A stretch of 64,000 bases of DNA from Spirulina sp. (GCA_044070495.1 JBIPSI010000001.1:1-64000), one strand, 5' to 3'. Shown: positions 49,749-60,015, counted from the first letter of the stretch. Made by a program: numbers and translations. The notes: generated from the letters alone by a model not told the origin.

Positions 49749-51026
49749 CTAAACGGGTTGATCCCATCCATGGGCTGGGCTGAGGGCTAGCAGACGCTCT
49801 AGCTTGGGCACCGTTAGGGGTAGCGCCAGCGTCAGATCGACCATTGCCGCTAACGGTGCCATCGGGGCTGGCAAGGGGCCGATTTCCCCCAGGAGGACGA
49901 TCTTAGGGCGTGGGGGTGGCAAGGTCTGGAGGTCGGCGGCGAGGGTGGTTGCATTGTCTTGGCTGAGGAGCACGAGGAGGTGGGGCGGCTGACGTTGCAG
50001 GATCGGGAGCGCCTCTGCCCAGTGGGTTTGTCGGCGCATTTGCCAGCCGCAGAGTTGAAGGTAGGTCATCCAGGGATGGGATCGGTGGGGGTCGGGGTCT
50101 AGGAGGAAGAGGCTGGGGGGCGATACCGACGTTTCTAACGGGTGGGGAGAACGGCTAGGACGGCCATCCACGGGCAGATACAGCGAAAATCGGCTGCCGT
50201 GCCCCTCTTCCGACTCCACGGCGACGTAGCCGCCGTGAAGTTGGGCCAGTTGTTGGGTGAGGGCAAGGCCAAGGCCCGTGCCGTCGTAGCGGCGGTTGAG
50301 GTCGCTATCCAGTTGGGTAAAGGGCTTAAAGAGCCTACCGCGTTGATCGTCGGCAATGCCAATGCCCGTATCGGCCACCTCAAACTGCACCATGCCCCCG
50401 ACAGACTGCACCGTCAGGGTCACCTGCCCTTGATCGGTAAATTTGATGGCGTTAGATAGCAGATTCAACAACATTTGGCGCAGGCGCTGTTCGTCCGCCA
50501 CGCAGGTCTGGGCGGCCTCCGCTACCTGACAAAACAGGGTAATGGGCTTAGCCGCCACGCGGGGGGTCACCATGGCTAGGCACGTGTGGCACAGGGCCGG
50601 AATATCCACCTCAGACAGCCGCAAATGTTCCTGTCCGGCCTCCACCTTTGAGAGGTCGAGGATGTCGCTAATCAGGGCTAGGAGATGTTCTCCGCTGGCA
50701 TGGATGCAGTTGAGGTATTCTAACTGCTTCGAGGTTAGCGGCCCCACCACCTGCTGGCTGAGCAGGGATGATAACCCCAGAATGGCGTTGAGGGGGGTAC
50801 GCAGTTCGTGGCTCATCATGGCCAAAAACTGGCTCTTGGCCCGACTAGCTGCCTCGGCAGCCTGTTGCTGCGTCATTAGGGCTTGCTGTTCCTGCAATTG
50901 CTGGGCCACCTGGGTAGCAAACTGCTGATACAGCAACTCCCGTTCCGCTAACAATTGCTGAAGCCGCTGAAAGGCCGCCTGATCACGACAGAGAGGACGC
51001 AGATCATCCAGATTTGGAGAACCCAT
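49749..51026 (-). CDS. Soluble histidine kinase with C-terminal pseudo-receiver
   Basis: AKSQFLAMMSHELRTPLN, NLLSNAIKFT, DTGIGI, GTGLGL; tail lacks the receiver Asp and Lys. Confidence 0.85.
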   Translation of the reverse strand: MGSPNLDDLRPLCRDQAAFQRLQQLLAERELLYQQFATQVAQQLQEQQALMTQQQAAEAASRAKSQFLAMMSHELRTPLNAILGLSSLLSQQVVGPLTSKQLEYLNCIHASGEHLLALISDILDLSKVEAGQEHLRLSEVDIPALCHTCLAMVTPRVAAKPITLFCQVAEAAQTCVADEQRLRQMLLNLLSNAIKFTDQGQVTLTVQSVGGMVQFEVADTGIGIADDQRGRLFKPFTQLDSDLNRRYDGTGLGLALTQQLAQLHGGYVAVESEEGHGSRFSLYLPVDGRPSRSPHPLETSVSPPSLFLLDPDPHRSHPWMTYLQLCGWQMRRQTHWAEALPILQRQPPHLLVLLSQDNATTLAADLQTLPPPRPKIVLLGEIGPLPAPMAPLAAMVDLTLALPLTVPKLERLLALSPAHGWDQPV

Positions 51027-51287
51027 GGCAACAAAGCAAAGGGACAGGGGTGCCCCACCCGGTAAGGGCAGGCCATAGTCTTAGAAATCCCAGATTGTGA
51101 CGGTCTGAATCTTCAAAATGGGCCGGAAATCTAAAAAAAATCTGTTTATCTTGGCCTGCCCGCCGCAGGTTTGTCGCCAGTAACTCGGCCCAAACAAGAA
51201 TGGCAGAGGATATGCTCCCTCTGCCATAGGCTTGCAATCTTTACTGATGAAAGGGGTTTGAAGGCAACCAACCCCTAACGCCTGGGT

Positions 51288-51614
51288 TTACCAGCGAGAG
51301 AACTCGCGGTTGCCGCCGCCGTTGCCACGACCCCCAAAGTTGCCACGGGGTGCGCCACCACCGGCCCGCTTTTCCTTGGGACGAGCCTTGTTAACCCGCA
51401 GCTCGCGCCCCATCCATTCCGCACCGTCTAGGGCCTCGATAGCCGCATCTTCGTCGGCTTCCTTCTCCATTTCCACAAAGGCAAAGCCCCTGGGACGACC
51501 CGTTTCCCGGTCGGTGGGCACCGTCACTCGGCTAACGGCCCCGTACTCAGCGAAGACTTCGGTAATGTCTCCCTCAGTAGCGTTGTAGGCAAGGTTCCCT
51601 ACATAAATCGACAT
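51288..51614 (-). CDS. rbp: RRM RNA-binding protein with Gly-rich tail (Rbp family)
   Basis: MSIYVGNL, DRETGRPRGFAFVEM, LDGAEWMGR.LRVNKARP. Confidence 0.95.
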   Translation of the reverse strand: MSIYVGNLAYNATEGDITEVFAEYGAVSRVTVPTDRETGRPRGFAFVEMEKEADEDAAIEALDGAEWMGRELRVNKARPKEKRAGGGAPRGNFGGRGNGGGNREFSRW

Positions 51615-51649
51615 GGCACAACTCCAAATTAGACGTGAAATGTAGACAA

Positions 51650-51742
51650 GTTCGATTCGGAGTGGTACTCACCGATTTACCCGAGAACTGAGATCAGACA
51701 CTGAGATCAGACTGTGACTAACCAGCCTACCGAAAACAAAAC
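51650..51742 (-). promoter_or_regulatory. rbp-type 5' UTR boxes
   Basis: Minus strand TTTTGTTTTCGGTA and CTCCGAA resemble boxes described in cyanobacterial cold-inducible rbp leaders. Confidence 0.5.
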
Positions 51743-51865
51743 ATGTTACCCGCCTACTGTAACACAAGGCATCGAGGCGTGAATGGTTTGTAACACAGTG
51801 TCAGCAATGCTTATGGCCGTTTGGGATCGCCCCTGGAGCGACTTAAATGGCAGGAGGCCCGCGAC

Positions 51866-52750
51866 CTAGATCGATACCCTCGAAACCGAGGGACTGGGGC
51901 GGGCTTCGACCAATGCGGGCACCGGGGCAGTGGGCCAGGCTGGAACAGGGCCGGTCGGCAATTGGGGCTGCCCCTCGGCCCGCACGGGTGGGCGCGGGAA
52001 GGTGAGGGGAAAGGGGCCATAATCTTGGAGATGCGACTGACGCAGATGCCCCGCTTGATTGGCCTGCCAGAGGGTGCCGCTGTTGACCTCCAGACAGGTC
52101 AACCAATGCCCTTCACAGGCGGCAGTATCCAGGCAAATGGTATGCCCTAGATTCAGGGGATGGCCGCTGCGTTGGGGGGTGTGGCCACAGATTAAGATTT
52201 TGCCCGAGGGGTGGGGCTGAGGTCGCTGAAGCTTATCCCAAAAAATAGCCTGATCCGGTTGTTGCAAAAGAGGCCGGTGGGGGGATAGGGTACCGTGGAG
52301 AAAAATGTATTTTTCCGTGGCAAACCACCGGAGACCTTGGTGCTGCAACAGGTGCCAGTGGCTATCTGGAACATGGGTTAATGGAGAATCGACAGCGGGG
52401 TCATCCCTAACATTCGGGTTGCCGCCTACAGAGAGGTGATCCGTCCCACCGTCCGCTGCCCCGTAGGAGGTTAAGGTCTGCTGATCAACCAGAACCTCGC
52501 CGTTAACGATGGCCCTACCTAACCGTCGAGCGATCAGGAATTTGATCTCATGATTCCCTAGAAGGGGCACCAAGATGCCCTCCCGAGAAAGCCGGACTAA
52601 GCTATCTAAAACAGCCTTAGAATCCGGCCCTTTGTTAACATAATCGCCTAGGGTAACAACACAGTCTCCAGGCCGAGGATCAATGGCCGCTAACAGTGTA
52701 TTTAAAGCCGTTGCACAGCCGTGGATATCTCCGACCGCAAAGAGGCGCAT
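51866..52750 (-). CDS. Metallophosphoesterase (PPP Ser/Thr phosphatase-like)
   Basis: GDIHG, GDYVNKG, GNHE, GHTP, LDT. Confidence 0.9.
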   Translation of the reverse strand: MRLFAVGDIHGCATALNTLLAAIDPRPGDCVVTLGDYVNKGPDSKAVLDSLVRLSREGILVPLLGNHEIKFLIARRLGRAIVNGEVLVDQQTLTSYGAADGGTDHLSVGGNPNVRDDPAVDSPLTHVPDSHWHLLQHQGLRWFATEKYIFLHGTLSPHRPLLQQPDQAIFWDKLQRPQPHPSGKILICGHTPQRSGHPLNLGHTICLDTAACEGHWLTCLEVNSGTLWQANQAGHLRQSHLQDYGPFPLTFPRPPVRAEGQPQLPTGPVPAWPTAPVPALVEARPSPSVSRVSI

Positions 52751-53089
52751 AACCGACCTATAGCCTTAGAAAAATCAGGTTGGTCGGTATTTAGTAGAGA
52801 CCTTACCTAGCACAGACCGAAAGGCTTTCTCAAGCCCAAAACTGCCCATAGATGAAGAGCAATTAGGAAACTACTTAATATCAAATTCCAACCTAACTTC
52901 AATATATCAAGACAGCCTTTAGCTCAAGGTTATTGTGAGTTTAAGCCAGAGTTAAGGATGGATCTGGGCCGTCCGGAAACCTGGGTGTCAGTCGTGGCGG
53001 TTGTGGGGCTGTCCATGGCACTAGGTCAACCAGGGGCATGATTCGCTACCATAGGCGATGACTGGAACCTGGAAGCGGCGCGAAACCCT

Positions 53090-53797
53090 ATGAAAGTCAA
53101 GCCTGTTTTGATTATTGGCACGGTTGTTTTGGTCGGGCTTGCGGCGGGGGCCGGAGCCGGAGCCGCCTACTATTGGATGCAGGCCACGGCCCTGCCACCC
53201 GCCACCCAAACGGCAGAGACCCTACCCGTGGTTCTAGCCACCAATCGACCCAACACCAGCGCCGAATCGGTGATTGCCCAAAAGCTGGCCAGCGGCGAAG
53301 GAGTGCGCTACGAGGGCGGCAATCGCGTCGCCATCACCCTGTCTGAACCGGAGGTGAACCAACTCATCCTAGACGGTTTGGCCCAGGTGCCCGAAGCCCA
53401 ATCGGTGCTGGCATCATCCCAGGGCATTAGCACCACGATCCAAGGTCAGCGAGTTCGCAGCGGCATTACCCTCAACCCAGCGGATTTGCCCACCGAAAGC
53501 CTACCACCCCAGGCCCAGCGCGCCTTGGCAATGGCCAACCTATTGGGCAACAATTCTCTCTATGTGGGCATTGAGGGCAGCCCTAGGGTAGACAACGGAC
53601 GCCTGGTTCTCAGCGACGATACCCAAATTCAGGTGGGACGCATCAACCTCACCCTGGCGGATATTGAGCGGGCCACGGGGATGAGTGCTGACCAAATTAG
53701 CCAAACCCTCAGCGTCACCCTACCCCAAACGGGGCTTACCGTAGACGGCCTAGAGTTTTCGGAAGGGGCCGCCATCCTACGCGGAGCCATGCCCTAG
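53090..53797 (+). CDS. Membrane-anchored hypothetical protein
   Basis: N-terminal TM; ITLSEPEVNQL...QVGRINL pattern. Confidence 0.65.
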   Translation: MKVKPVLIIGTVVLVGLAAGAGAGAAYYWMQATALPPATQTAETLPVVLATNRPNTSAESVIAQKLASGEGVRYEGGNRVAITLSEPEVNQLILDGLAQVPEAQSVLASSQGISTTIQGQRVRSGITLNPADLPTESLPPQAQRALAMANLLGNNSLYVGIEGSPRVDNGRLVLSDDTQIQVGRINLTLADIERATGMSADQISQTLSVTLPQTGLTVDGLEFSEGAAILRGAMP

Positions 53798-53855
53798 GTT
53801 GCCCCCAATGTTCTAAGGTAAAACACAGAACGCTAGCGCTGGGTTAACCGTTGCG

Positions 53856-54365
53856 ATGAACTATCTTGTTGCCGTGCTCGAAAACCGTCTGAAGGCGGAG
53901 GAAGCCTACGCCGCCCTCGAGGAGGCCAAGGTGCCCAAGGACAGTATGGATATCCTGGGCCGAGGCTTTAAATCCGCCGATGAGTATGGCCTGATTGACC
54001 CCGCCGACCAAGCCTGGAAGCAAATTCGACTGATGATGCTGTGGCTGGTGCCCTTTGGCTTTGGGGCGGGGTTTGTGTTTAACATCATCACCGGGTTAGA
54101 TACCTTTGCCTGGACGGGTCGCCTGGGTAACCAGATGATCGGCGGTCTGCTGGGGGCAGTCTCCGGGGCGATGGGGGCATTTTTCATTGGCGGCGGGGTC
54201 GGTTTGGCGGTGGGCGGCGGCGATGCCCTGTCCTACCGCAACAGTCTGTCTGCCGGAAAGTTTTTGGTGGTGGTGCGCGGTTCCGAGGCGTTGGTGCGCC
54301 AAGCTACCCCCATCCTGCGCCGTTTTCGCCCAGAGGCCATCCAAGGCTACAGCGCCAGTGATTAG
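53856..54365 (+). CDS. Conserved two-TM hypothetical protein
   Basis: GFKSADEYGLIDP...WLVPFGF...YRNSLSAGKFLVVV. Confidence 0.7.
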   Translation: MNYLVAVLENRLKAEEAYAALEEAKVPKDSMDILGRGFKSADEYGLIDPADQAWKQIRLMMLWLVPFGFGAGFVFNIITGLDTFAWTGRLGNQMIGGLLGAVSGAMGAFFIGGGVGLAVGGGDALSYRNSLSAGKFLVVVRGSEALVRQATPILRRFRPEAIQGYSASD

Positions 54366-56073
54366 CGAAATAGCTGACGTTGTGGCGATGGTTCCGGCGC
54401 AGCCCGATGCCTGGGACTATCGCTACGAAGGCCGCTGTCCTCGCACCGGGAACCTCTACCGCCTGCCCCGCACCACCCTAGCCAAGGCCGCAGCCCAGGG
54501 GTTGATGGACACCCTGGCCACCGACCCCCAAGCCCTTGGTGAAGGCAAAATGTACGGGGTGCTGCTGGTGCGGGTTCCGGGCCAGCCTGGGCGTGAGGGC
54601 ATAGCCGTCCTAAAAGCCTTTTCCGGCCTATGGCGGGGGCAAGCCGAGCGTCCAGGGTGGGTGCCGCCGATTCCTGGCCGCGAGCAGGTCGCCCTGTTAG
54701 AAGCCCATACCCTCGACCAGTTACATCGGATCAAAACCCGTTTGCAATCTCTAAACGCCCTGCCAGAACGAGCCACCTACGCCCGTCTGTCGGCAGAGTT
54801 TGACCAACAGCGCCAAGTTTTGAACCAACGCCATCGGCAGCGGCGGGAGGATCGGGCACAGCAACGACAGCGCCTCACGGCCACCCTCAGCGGGAAGACA
54901 CTCGCTACGGCCCTAGCGGCCCTCGACCAAGCCAGTCGGGGCGACAAGGCGGAACGACGAGACTTTAAGCAAAAACAATCCGACGCTTTGGATGCCCTCG
55001 CGGCAACGATCCAGGCGGCGGATACCGAAATGCAGGAACTCAAACGGCAGCGGCGGGCTTTGTCCCAACAGCTTCAGGCGGCGATGCACGCGGTCTATCG
55101 GCTCACCAACTTTGTTGGAGATTCCCTTACCCTGGCGGAAATCCAGGATTTAGCCCAACCCAACGGCCTGCCCACGGGCACGGGGGATTGCTGTGCCCCT
55201 AAGCTGCTGCACTATGCCGCCCAGCACGGCCTACAACCCCTGGCCCTGGCGGAATTTTGGTGGGGGCCACCCCTGGGAAATCGGCAGTCTGGCCAGTTTT
55301 ACGAAGCCTGTGAAGAACGCTGCCAGCCGATTCTGGGCTTTCTACTGGCAGGACTTTCTGCTGGGTCTGGGGCTAGGGCTGGGGCTGGATCGGTCATGAC
55401 CTCTGTGGACACGACCTCTGTGGATTGGGATCTACCGATTCTCTATGCCGACGACTGGCTGGTGGTGGTGGATAAACCCGCTGGGCTACTCTCGGTGCCC
55501 GGTCGCTATGGGGATCGTCAGGATAGCGTGTGGTCTCGTCTACAACTGATGTTGCCGGATGGAGCGAATCTACGCCCCGTGCATCGCTTGGATCAGGCGA
55601 CCTCTGGCATCCTCGTATTAGCCCGCACCGCCGACAGCCACCGCCACCTCAGCCAGCAGTTTGCCGAGCGTCAAGTTCACAAAGTCTATGAAGCCCTGCT
55701 AGAAGGCACCCTATCTCAAACCAGCGGCTGGATTAACTTACCCCTCGGCCCTGACCCCCAGCATCCGCCTCGGCAACGGGTTGATTGGCACCAGGGCAAA
55801 CCCAGCCAAACCTATTTTGAGGTGCTAGATCAGGACGATGGCGTCACCCGTGTAGAACTCATCCCCCACACCGGACGCACCCACCAACTGCGGGTTCATG
55901 CCGCCCATCCCCAGGGGCTAAATGCGCCCATTCGAGGGGATGCCCTCTACGGCCCAGTCCCCTATTCTGAGAATGCCAACTTCCAGCGGCTCCACCTTCA
56001 CGCCAAAACCCTGACGATCACCCATCCTCACCACCAAACATCGCTTACGGTTACAACTCCGGTGCCGTTTTGA
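54358..56073 (+). CDS. Long-form RluA-family pseudouridine synthase
   Basis: C-terminal KPAGLLSVPG, HRLDQATSG, TGRTHQLRVH; N-terminal GKMYGVL, coiled coil, CCAPKLL. Start uncertain (GTG 54358 or ATG 54388). Confidence 0.9.
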   Translation: MISEIADVVAMVPAQPDAWDYRYEGRCPRTGNLYRLPRTTLAKAAAQGLMDTLATDPQALGEGKMYGVLLVRVPGQPGREGIAVLKAFSGLWRGQAERPGWVPPIPGREQVALLEAHTLDQLHRIKTRLQSLNALPERATYARLSAEFDQQRQVLNQRHRQRREDRAQQRQRLTATLSGKTLATALAALDQASRGDKAERRDFKQKQSDALDALAATIQAADTEMQELKRQRRALSQQLQAAMHAVYRLTNFVGDSLTLAEIQDLAQPNGLPTGTGDCCAPKLLHYAAQHGLQPLALAEFWWGPPLGNRQSGQFYEACEERCQPILGFLLAGLSAGSGARAGAGSVMTSVDTTSVDWDLPILYADDWLVVVDKPAGLLSVPGRYGDRQDSVWSRLQLMLPDGANLRPVHRLDQATSGILVLARTADSHRHLSQQFAERQVHKVYEALLEGTLSQTSGWINLPLGPDPQHPPRQRVDWHQGKPSQTYFEVLDQDDGVTRVELIPHTGRTHQLRVHAAHPQGLNAPIRGDALYGPVPYSENANFQRLHLHAKTLTITHPHHQTSLTVTTPVPF

Positions 56074-56305
56074 GGACGCTGTTTTGAGGGGATGCCTTAA
56101 GGCCTTGTCAACGTGGGCCAACTATTCTCCAAATGCCCATAGACTAAGGGACTCTGGCCACGACTACCAGGGAGTAAACTCCCCGGCTGATTGCAGAAGT
56201 CTGCTGAAGCAGACTGGGAAACTCGGCTCCCAATCCTCTTCAGAGGATTTTGGCTTTGAGCCTGGGACTTCTAGTCCTAGGCCCTTAACCCAAACGGGGG
56301 ATAAC

Positions 56306-56770
56306 CTAGCGAATACCGGCCTTTTCGAGTTGTTGGCGCAGGCGGCGGAGGTGGCTGGTGCGGCTGCTTAAGTTCGCTGTTTTGCCAGCAATCAGCACAT
56401 AGATTTTTCCAGAAAAGCGGCCCGATAACCCCGTCCGCTGATAGACCAAAATGCCGTCATCGCGGGCGTCGGGCACTTCGCTGTAGCCCATGTCGGCCAG
56501 GATGTTGGTGAGTTGTTGCCTAAAGGTTTTTTGACTGGGGCAGGTGAGGGTGAGGGTGCTGCTGCGGTTGAGGCTGGCCCCTACGAGTCCGCCAATGACC
56601 CCAAACAACAGCCCGAACTGATTGGGCTGGCCTGTTTCTAGGCCCACGCCCAGGGTTTGGGTGGCCAGCAGGGTGGTGACGAGGGCCGTCCCTACAAAGT
56701 AATAGAGAAAGGTAAGCCCAAAACCAGGGCCTTGGGGGAGAACGGGACTGTCTTCTGGGGCGGATGGCAT
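56306..56770 (-). CDS. Hypothetical membrane protein
   Basis: Two TMs (FLYYF...GGLVGA) then a soluble domain. Confidence 0.6.
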   Translation of the reverse strand: MPSAPEDSPVLPQGPGFGLTFLYYFVGTALVTTLLATQTLGVGLETGQPNQFGLLFGVIGGLVGASLNRSSTLTLTCPSQKTFRQQLTNILADMGYSEVPDARDDGILVYQRTGLSGRFSGKIYVLIAGKTANLSSRTSHLRRLRQQLEKAGIR

Positions 56771-56843
56771 GGCAAAGACGCGCTAGGAAGAACCGAATGG
56801 GGGGCGAAAGCTCCTGGATGGGAACTTGGCTGGAGCTAGGAGC

Positions 56844-57200
56844 TTAGTAGCGGGGCACGGATCGATCCACCACCGTGGAGTAGGCATCGATGCCGCCACT
56901 GATGTTGTGCAGGTGGGTGAACCCTTGCTGGGCTAGCCATGCACACATTTGGGCGGATCGCATTCCGTGGTGGCAGAGCACGGCGGTTTCTTTGTCGGCC
57001 TCAAGCTGGCTGTGGATGGTTTCGCCCCAGCGGGCAAACTGGCTGAGGGGCAGGTTTATAAACCCCGGCAGACTGGCTAGGGCTAGCTCATCGGGTTCGC
57101 GTACGTCGATGAGTTGGAGGTCATCCCCGGCGGCTAGGCGCTGGGCCAAGGTTTCGACAGACATGGACTGGAATGGAACAGATTCGGGTGACATCGCCAT
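56844..57200 (-). CDS. Rhodanese-like protein
   Basis: IDVREP, CHHGMRS, GGIDAYS...VPRY. Confidence 0.9.
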   Translation of the reverse strand: MAMSPESVPFQSMSVETLAQRLAAGDDLQLIDVREPDELALASLPGFINLPLSQFARWGETIHSQLEADKETAVLCHHGMRSAQMCAWLAQQGFTHLHNISGGIDAYSTVVDRSVPRY

Positions 57201-57249
57201 AGTGAATTACAACAAACTTCCGTGGATCATGGTGGATCGCAATCATGAA

Positions 57250-58134
57250 TCACAGCAAACTGCCAAGGATCATCCCCAAGAGCAACATAAAGCCTAGCTG
57301 CACATTCTGACGAAAGATTTTTCCGTAGAGCCGGGGGGAGGGGTTGTAGCGACTGAGCAGGTAAGACTGGCGCGACCACAGGATCAGCGCCAGGGCTAAG
57401 GTTACCCAATAGGGCCAGTTGAGGAAAAGGACGCCCCCCAGCCACACCAGCGAAAGCCAGGTGCCCAAGAAACAGAGGCCCACCATTTGGGGGGTATAGT
57501 CGCCAAAAAACAAGGCCGCCGAATTCACCCCAATGCGTCGATCATCCTCTCGGTCGGGGATGGCGTAGACCGTGTCAAAGCCGAGGGTCCACAGCACCAC
57601 CGCCAGCCACAGAATCCAAGCCGGGAGTTCTAAGCTGCCCGTCACCGCCGCCCAGGGAATCAGCACCGCAAACCCCCAAGCCAAGGACAGCACTAACTGC
57701 GGCACCGGAAACACCCGCTTGGCCGCTGGATACAGCAAAATGAACGGCACCGCCAGCACACAGAGCCAAAAGCTGAGGCGATTGAGGTACAGGGAGAGGC
57801 CATAGGCGCAGATCAACGACACTCCCAATACCCCAAAGGCCACCGCCACCGACAGTTCACGGGAGGCCAACGGTCGCTTTTGCGTGCGCTGCACCTTGGG
57901 GTCAATGTTGCGATCCCAGAGGTCATTCACCACACACCCCGCCGCGCTGGTGGCCAGGGTACCTAGCACAATCACCCCCACCAGGGGCCAAGGGGGTTGC
58001 CCCGCCGCCGCCAAAAACACCGACCACAGGGCCGGAATCATCAAAATTAGGCGACCGGTGGGCTTATCCCACCGCAGCAGGCGCAGGATGGCCCCCACCG
58101 TGGAGGGAGAGGATTGGGACGGAGAACTGGCCAT
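57250..58134 (-). CDS. ubiA: 4-hydroxybenzoate prenyl(solanesyl)transferase
   Basis: RWDKPTG, NDLWDRNID...RPLAS, YPAAKR, DTVYAIPDREDD. Confidence 0.93.
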   Translation of the reverse strand: MASSPSQSSPSTVGAILRLLRWDKPTGRLILMIPALWSVFLAAAGQPPWPLVGVIVLGTLATSAAGCVVNDLWDRNIDPKVQRTQKRPLASRELSVAVAFGVLGVSLICAYGLSLYLNRLSFWLCVLAVPFILLYPAAKRVFPVPQLVLSLAWGFAVLIPWAAVTGSLELPAWILWLAVVLWTLGFDTVYAIPDREDDRRIGVNSAALFFGDYTPQMVGLCFLGTWLSLVWLGGVLFLNWPYWVTLALALILWSRQSYLLSRYNPSPRLYGKIFRQNVQLGFMLLLGMILGSLL

Positions 58135-58396
58135 GGCTTTAGGACAACAACAGGTGCGGAAAACCGCTGAAAAGAGTCAAAAATAAGCCGTTAAACGATG
58201 AAAGACTTCATTGTCTTCAGTTTATATTCACGTTTCAGGAAAAACGTTCCTTAGGGAACGGCTAGGCGTTAACGTGGGGGGCAAGGTTACCGTGTCAACG
58301 TTACCTAACGTTACCTAATTGTAGGCACTTTCGCCCCCACGTCCCTAGGGCTGGCTTACCATAAAATTATTGTCTTTCTGGAATTCATCGCCTTTC

Positions 58397-58480
58397 TATA
58401 GCGGATTTCCCTTAAGTGAAGTCCATGGCGATGATCCCCCCTGCCCCCCTTGTTAAGGGGGATACAGCGCAAACACCCCT
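58397..58480. repeat. Left part of an ATAGC-type repeat
   Basis: TATAGCGGATT...GATCCCCCCTGCCCCCCTTGTTAAGGGGG..ACAG; matches 8676. Confidence 0.6.
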
Positions 58481-58538
58481 GCCTAAAAATCTCTGCCGCG
58501 TTCCCCGGTGCCCTGTGACTGCCGCCCTACCCAATGCC

Positions 58539-59309
58539 ATGGATTTGGCCCCCCATCCAAATCCCGATACCCCCAATGCCCTCGCCATTGACTACCCCAG
58601 TTCAGACGGTGAACCTGTGGCCGAAACCTTTACCCACCTCTACGCCCTGCTGGTTACCCTGGAGGTCTTGCGACAGTATTTGGAGGGCCAGCGGGCGACG
58701 GTGTTGGCCAACCAGTTTCTCTACTATTCCCAGGGCATGCCCAAATTGCGGGTGGCCCCGGATGTGATGGTGATTTTTGGGGTAGAACCCGGGGGCCGCG
58801 ACAACTACAAAATTTGGGAAGAGGGCCAAGTGCCCAGCGTCATCTTTGAGATGACCTCCGCTGGCACCCAAGACCAGGACAAAACCTTCAAAAAAACCCT
58901 CTACGAACAGCTTGGGGTGGTGGAATACTGGCTGTTCGACCCCCGTGGCGAATGGGTGGAGGATCAACTGCAAGGCTATCGCCTAGAACACGACCTCTAC
59001 CGCCCGATTACCGATGGCCGCAGTGTGCCCCTGAACCTACGACTCCAGGTGGAGGGTAGCCTGATTGGGTTCTACCGCGAGGATACCGGAGAGAAACTGC
59101 TGATTCCGAGCGAACTGTCCCAGGCCTTGCGCCAGGAAGCTATCGCCCGCCAGCAGGCCGAACAACGGGCCGAACAGGAGCACCAGCGGGCCGAACAGGA
59201 ACGCCAGCGGGCCGAACAGGCCGAAGCACGCCTCGCCGAACTCCAGGCGCGTCTGAAGGCAGCGGGGGTTAATCTGAACGGCGACAACTTCAGCGGCGAA
59301 AATGCTTAG
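58539..59309 (+). CDS. Uma2 (DUF820) endonuclease-like protein
   Basis: YPSSDGEPVAE, APDV, FEMTS, LGVVEYWLFDP; EQERQRA repeats. Confidence 0.92.
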   Translation: MDLAPHPNPDTPNALAIDYPSSDGEPVAETFTHLYALLVTLEVLRQYLEGQRATVLANQFLYYSQGMPKLRVAPDVMVIFGVEPGGRDNYKIWEEGQVPSVIFEMTSAGTQDQDKTFKKTLYEQLGVVEYWLFDPRGEWVEDQLQGYRLEHDLYRPITDGRSVPLNLRLQVEGSLIGFYREDTGEKLLIPSELSQALRQEAIARQQAEQRAEQEHQRAEQERQRAEQAEARLAELQARLKAAGVNLNGDNFSGENA

Positions 59310-59521
59310 CCCTCACTCCCAGCCCCTCTCCCCTAGGGCTACTGCTTGTACGCATCTTGTTTTCGTGCTGCAAGTCCTTGGAGATCCCCCTAAATCCCCC
59401 TTGTGAAGGGGGACTTTGAATCCAGTTCCCCCCTTCACAAGGGGGGCTAGGGGGGATCAACCCGAGGAACCCAACGGAATAGAAACTTGTATATAAACGG
59501 TAGCCCATAGGGCGAGGGGAG
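59309..59521. repeat. CCCTCTCCC-type REP interrupted by a complete GCTAC..GTAGC MITE (59338-59504)
   Basis: CCCTCACTCCCAGCCCCTCTCCC-[GCTACTG...CGGTAGC]-CCATAGGGCGAGGGG. Confidence 0.75.
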
Positions 59522-59610
59522 CTAGAAGCGTTCCCATGGGGCAGAGCCAAAACAGCGCTAGGATAACCGTGAAAAATGCGTCAATAAACCTGTCCGAGCG
59601 CTGAGGTGGA

Positions 59611-60015
59611 ATGGCTGACATGACCACAGAACGACTCTTTCTGGCCCTAGCGGCCCTCCTCGGTGGAACAGCGGTGGCCACCGGGGCCTTTGCCACCCAC
59701 ACGCTCCGGGGGCAACTCTCCCCGCGTCTGCTGGAGGTGTTTGAAACTGGATCTCGCTACCAGATGTACCACGCCCTGGCCCTGGCGGCGGTGGGTCTAG
59801 CCCTAGCGATGTCCTTAGGCCATGGGGTCTGGCTGCGGGTGAGCGGCTGGGCCTTGGTGCTGGGTACCCTCACCTTTTCGGGTAGCCTCTATGCCCTGAG
59901 TCTTTCTGGGATAGGCGTCCTAGGTGCAGTGGCTCCTTTGGGTGGGGTGATGCTGATGGTGGGCTGGGCCTGCTTTGGGGTGGCGGTCTGCCTGGGGGTA
60001 AGCCCTACGCCCTAG
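59611..60015 (+). CDS. DUF423 membrane protein
   Basis: GAFATH, YQMYHAL, FSGSLY, APLGG. Confidence 0.9.
   Translation: MADMTTERLFLALAALLGGTAVATGAFATHTLRGQLSPRLLEVFETGSRYQMYHALALAAVGLALAMSLGHGVWLRVSGWALVLGTLTFSGSLYALSLSGIGVLGAVAPLGGVMLMVGWACFGVAVCLGVSPTP

Noticed and set aside
54187..54357. Extended N-terminus of the RluA ORF
   Set aside because: Overlaps the upstream gene in another frame; a start at 54358 or 54388 is more plausible.
56084..56371. 95-aa ORF between convergent genes
   Set aside because: TTG start, spans degenerate palindromic repeats (about 56165-56220) and overlaps the opposite gene.
59150..59226. 21-nt repeats in the Uma2 gene
   Set aside because: Ordinary coding repeats (EQERQRA) typical of Uma2 C-terminal coiled coils.
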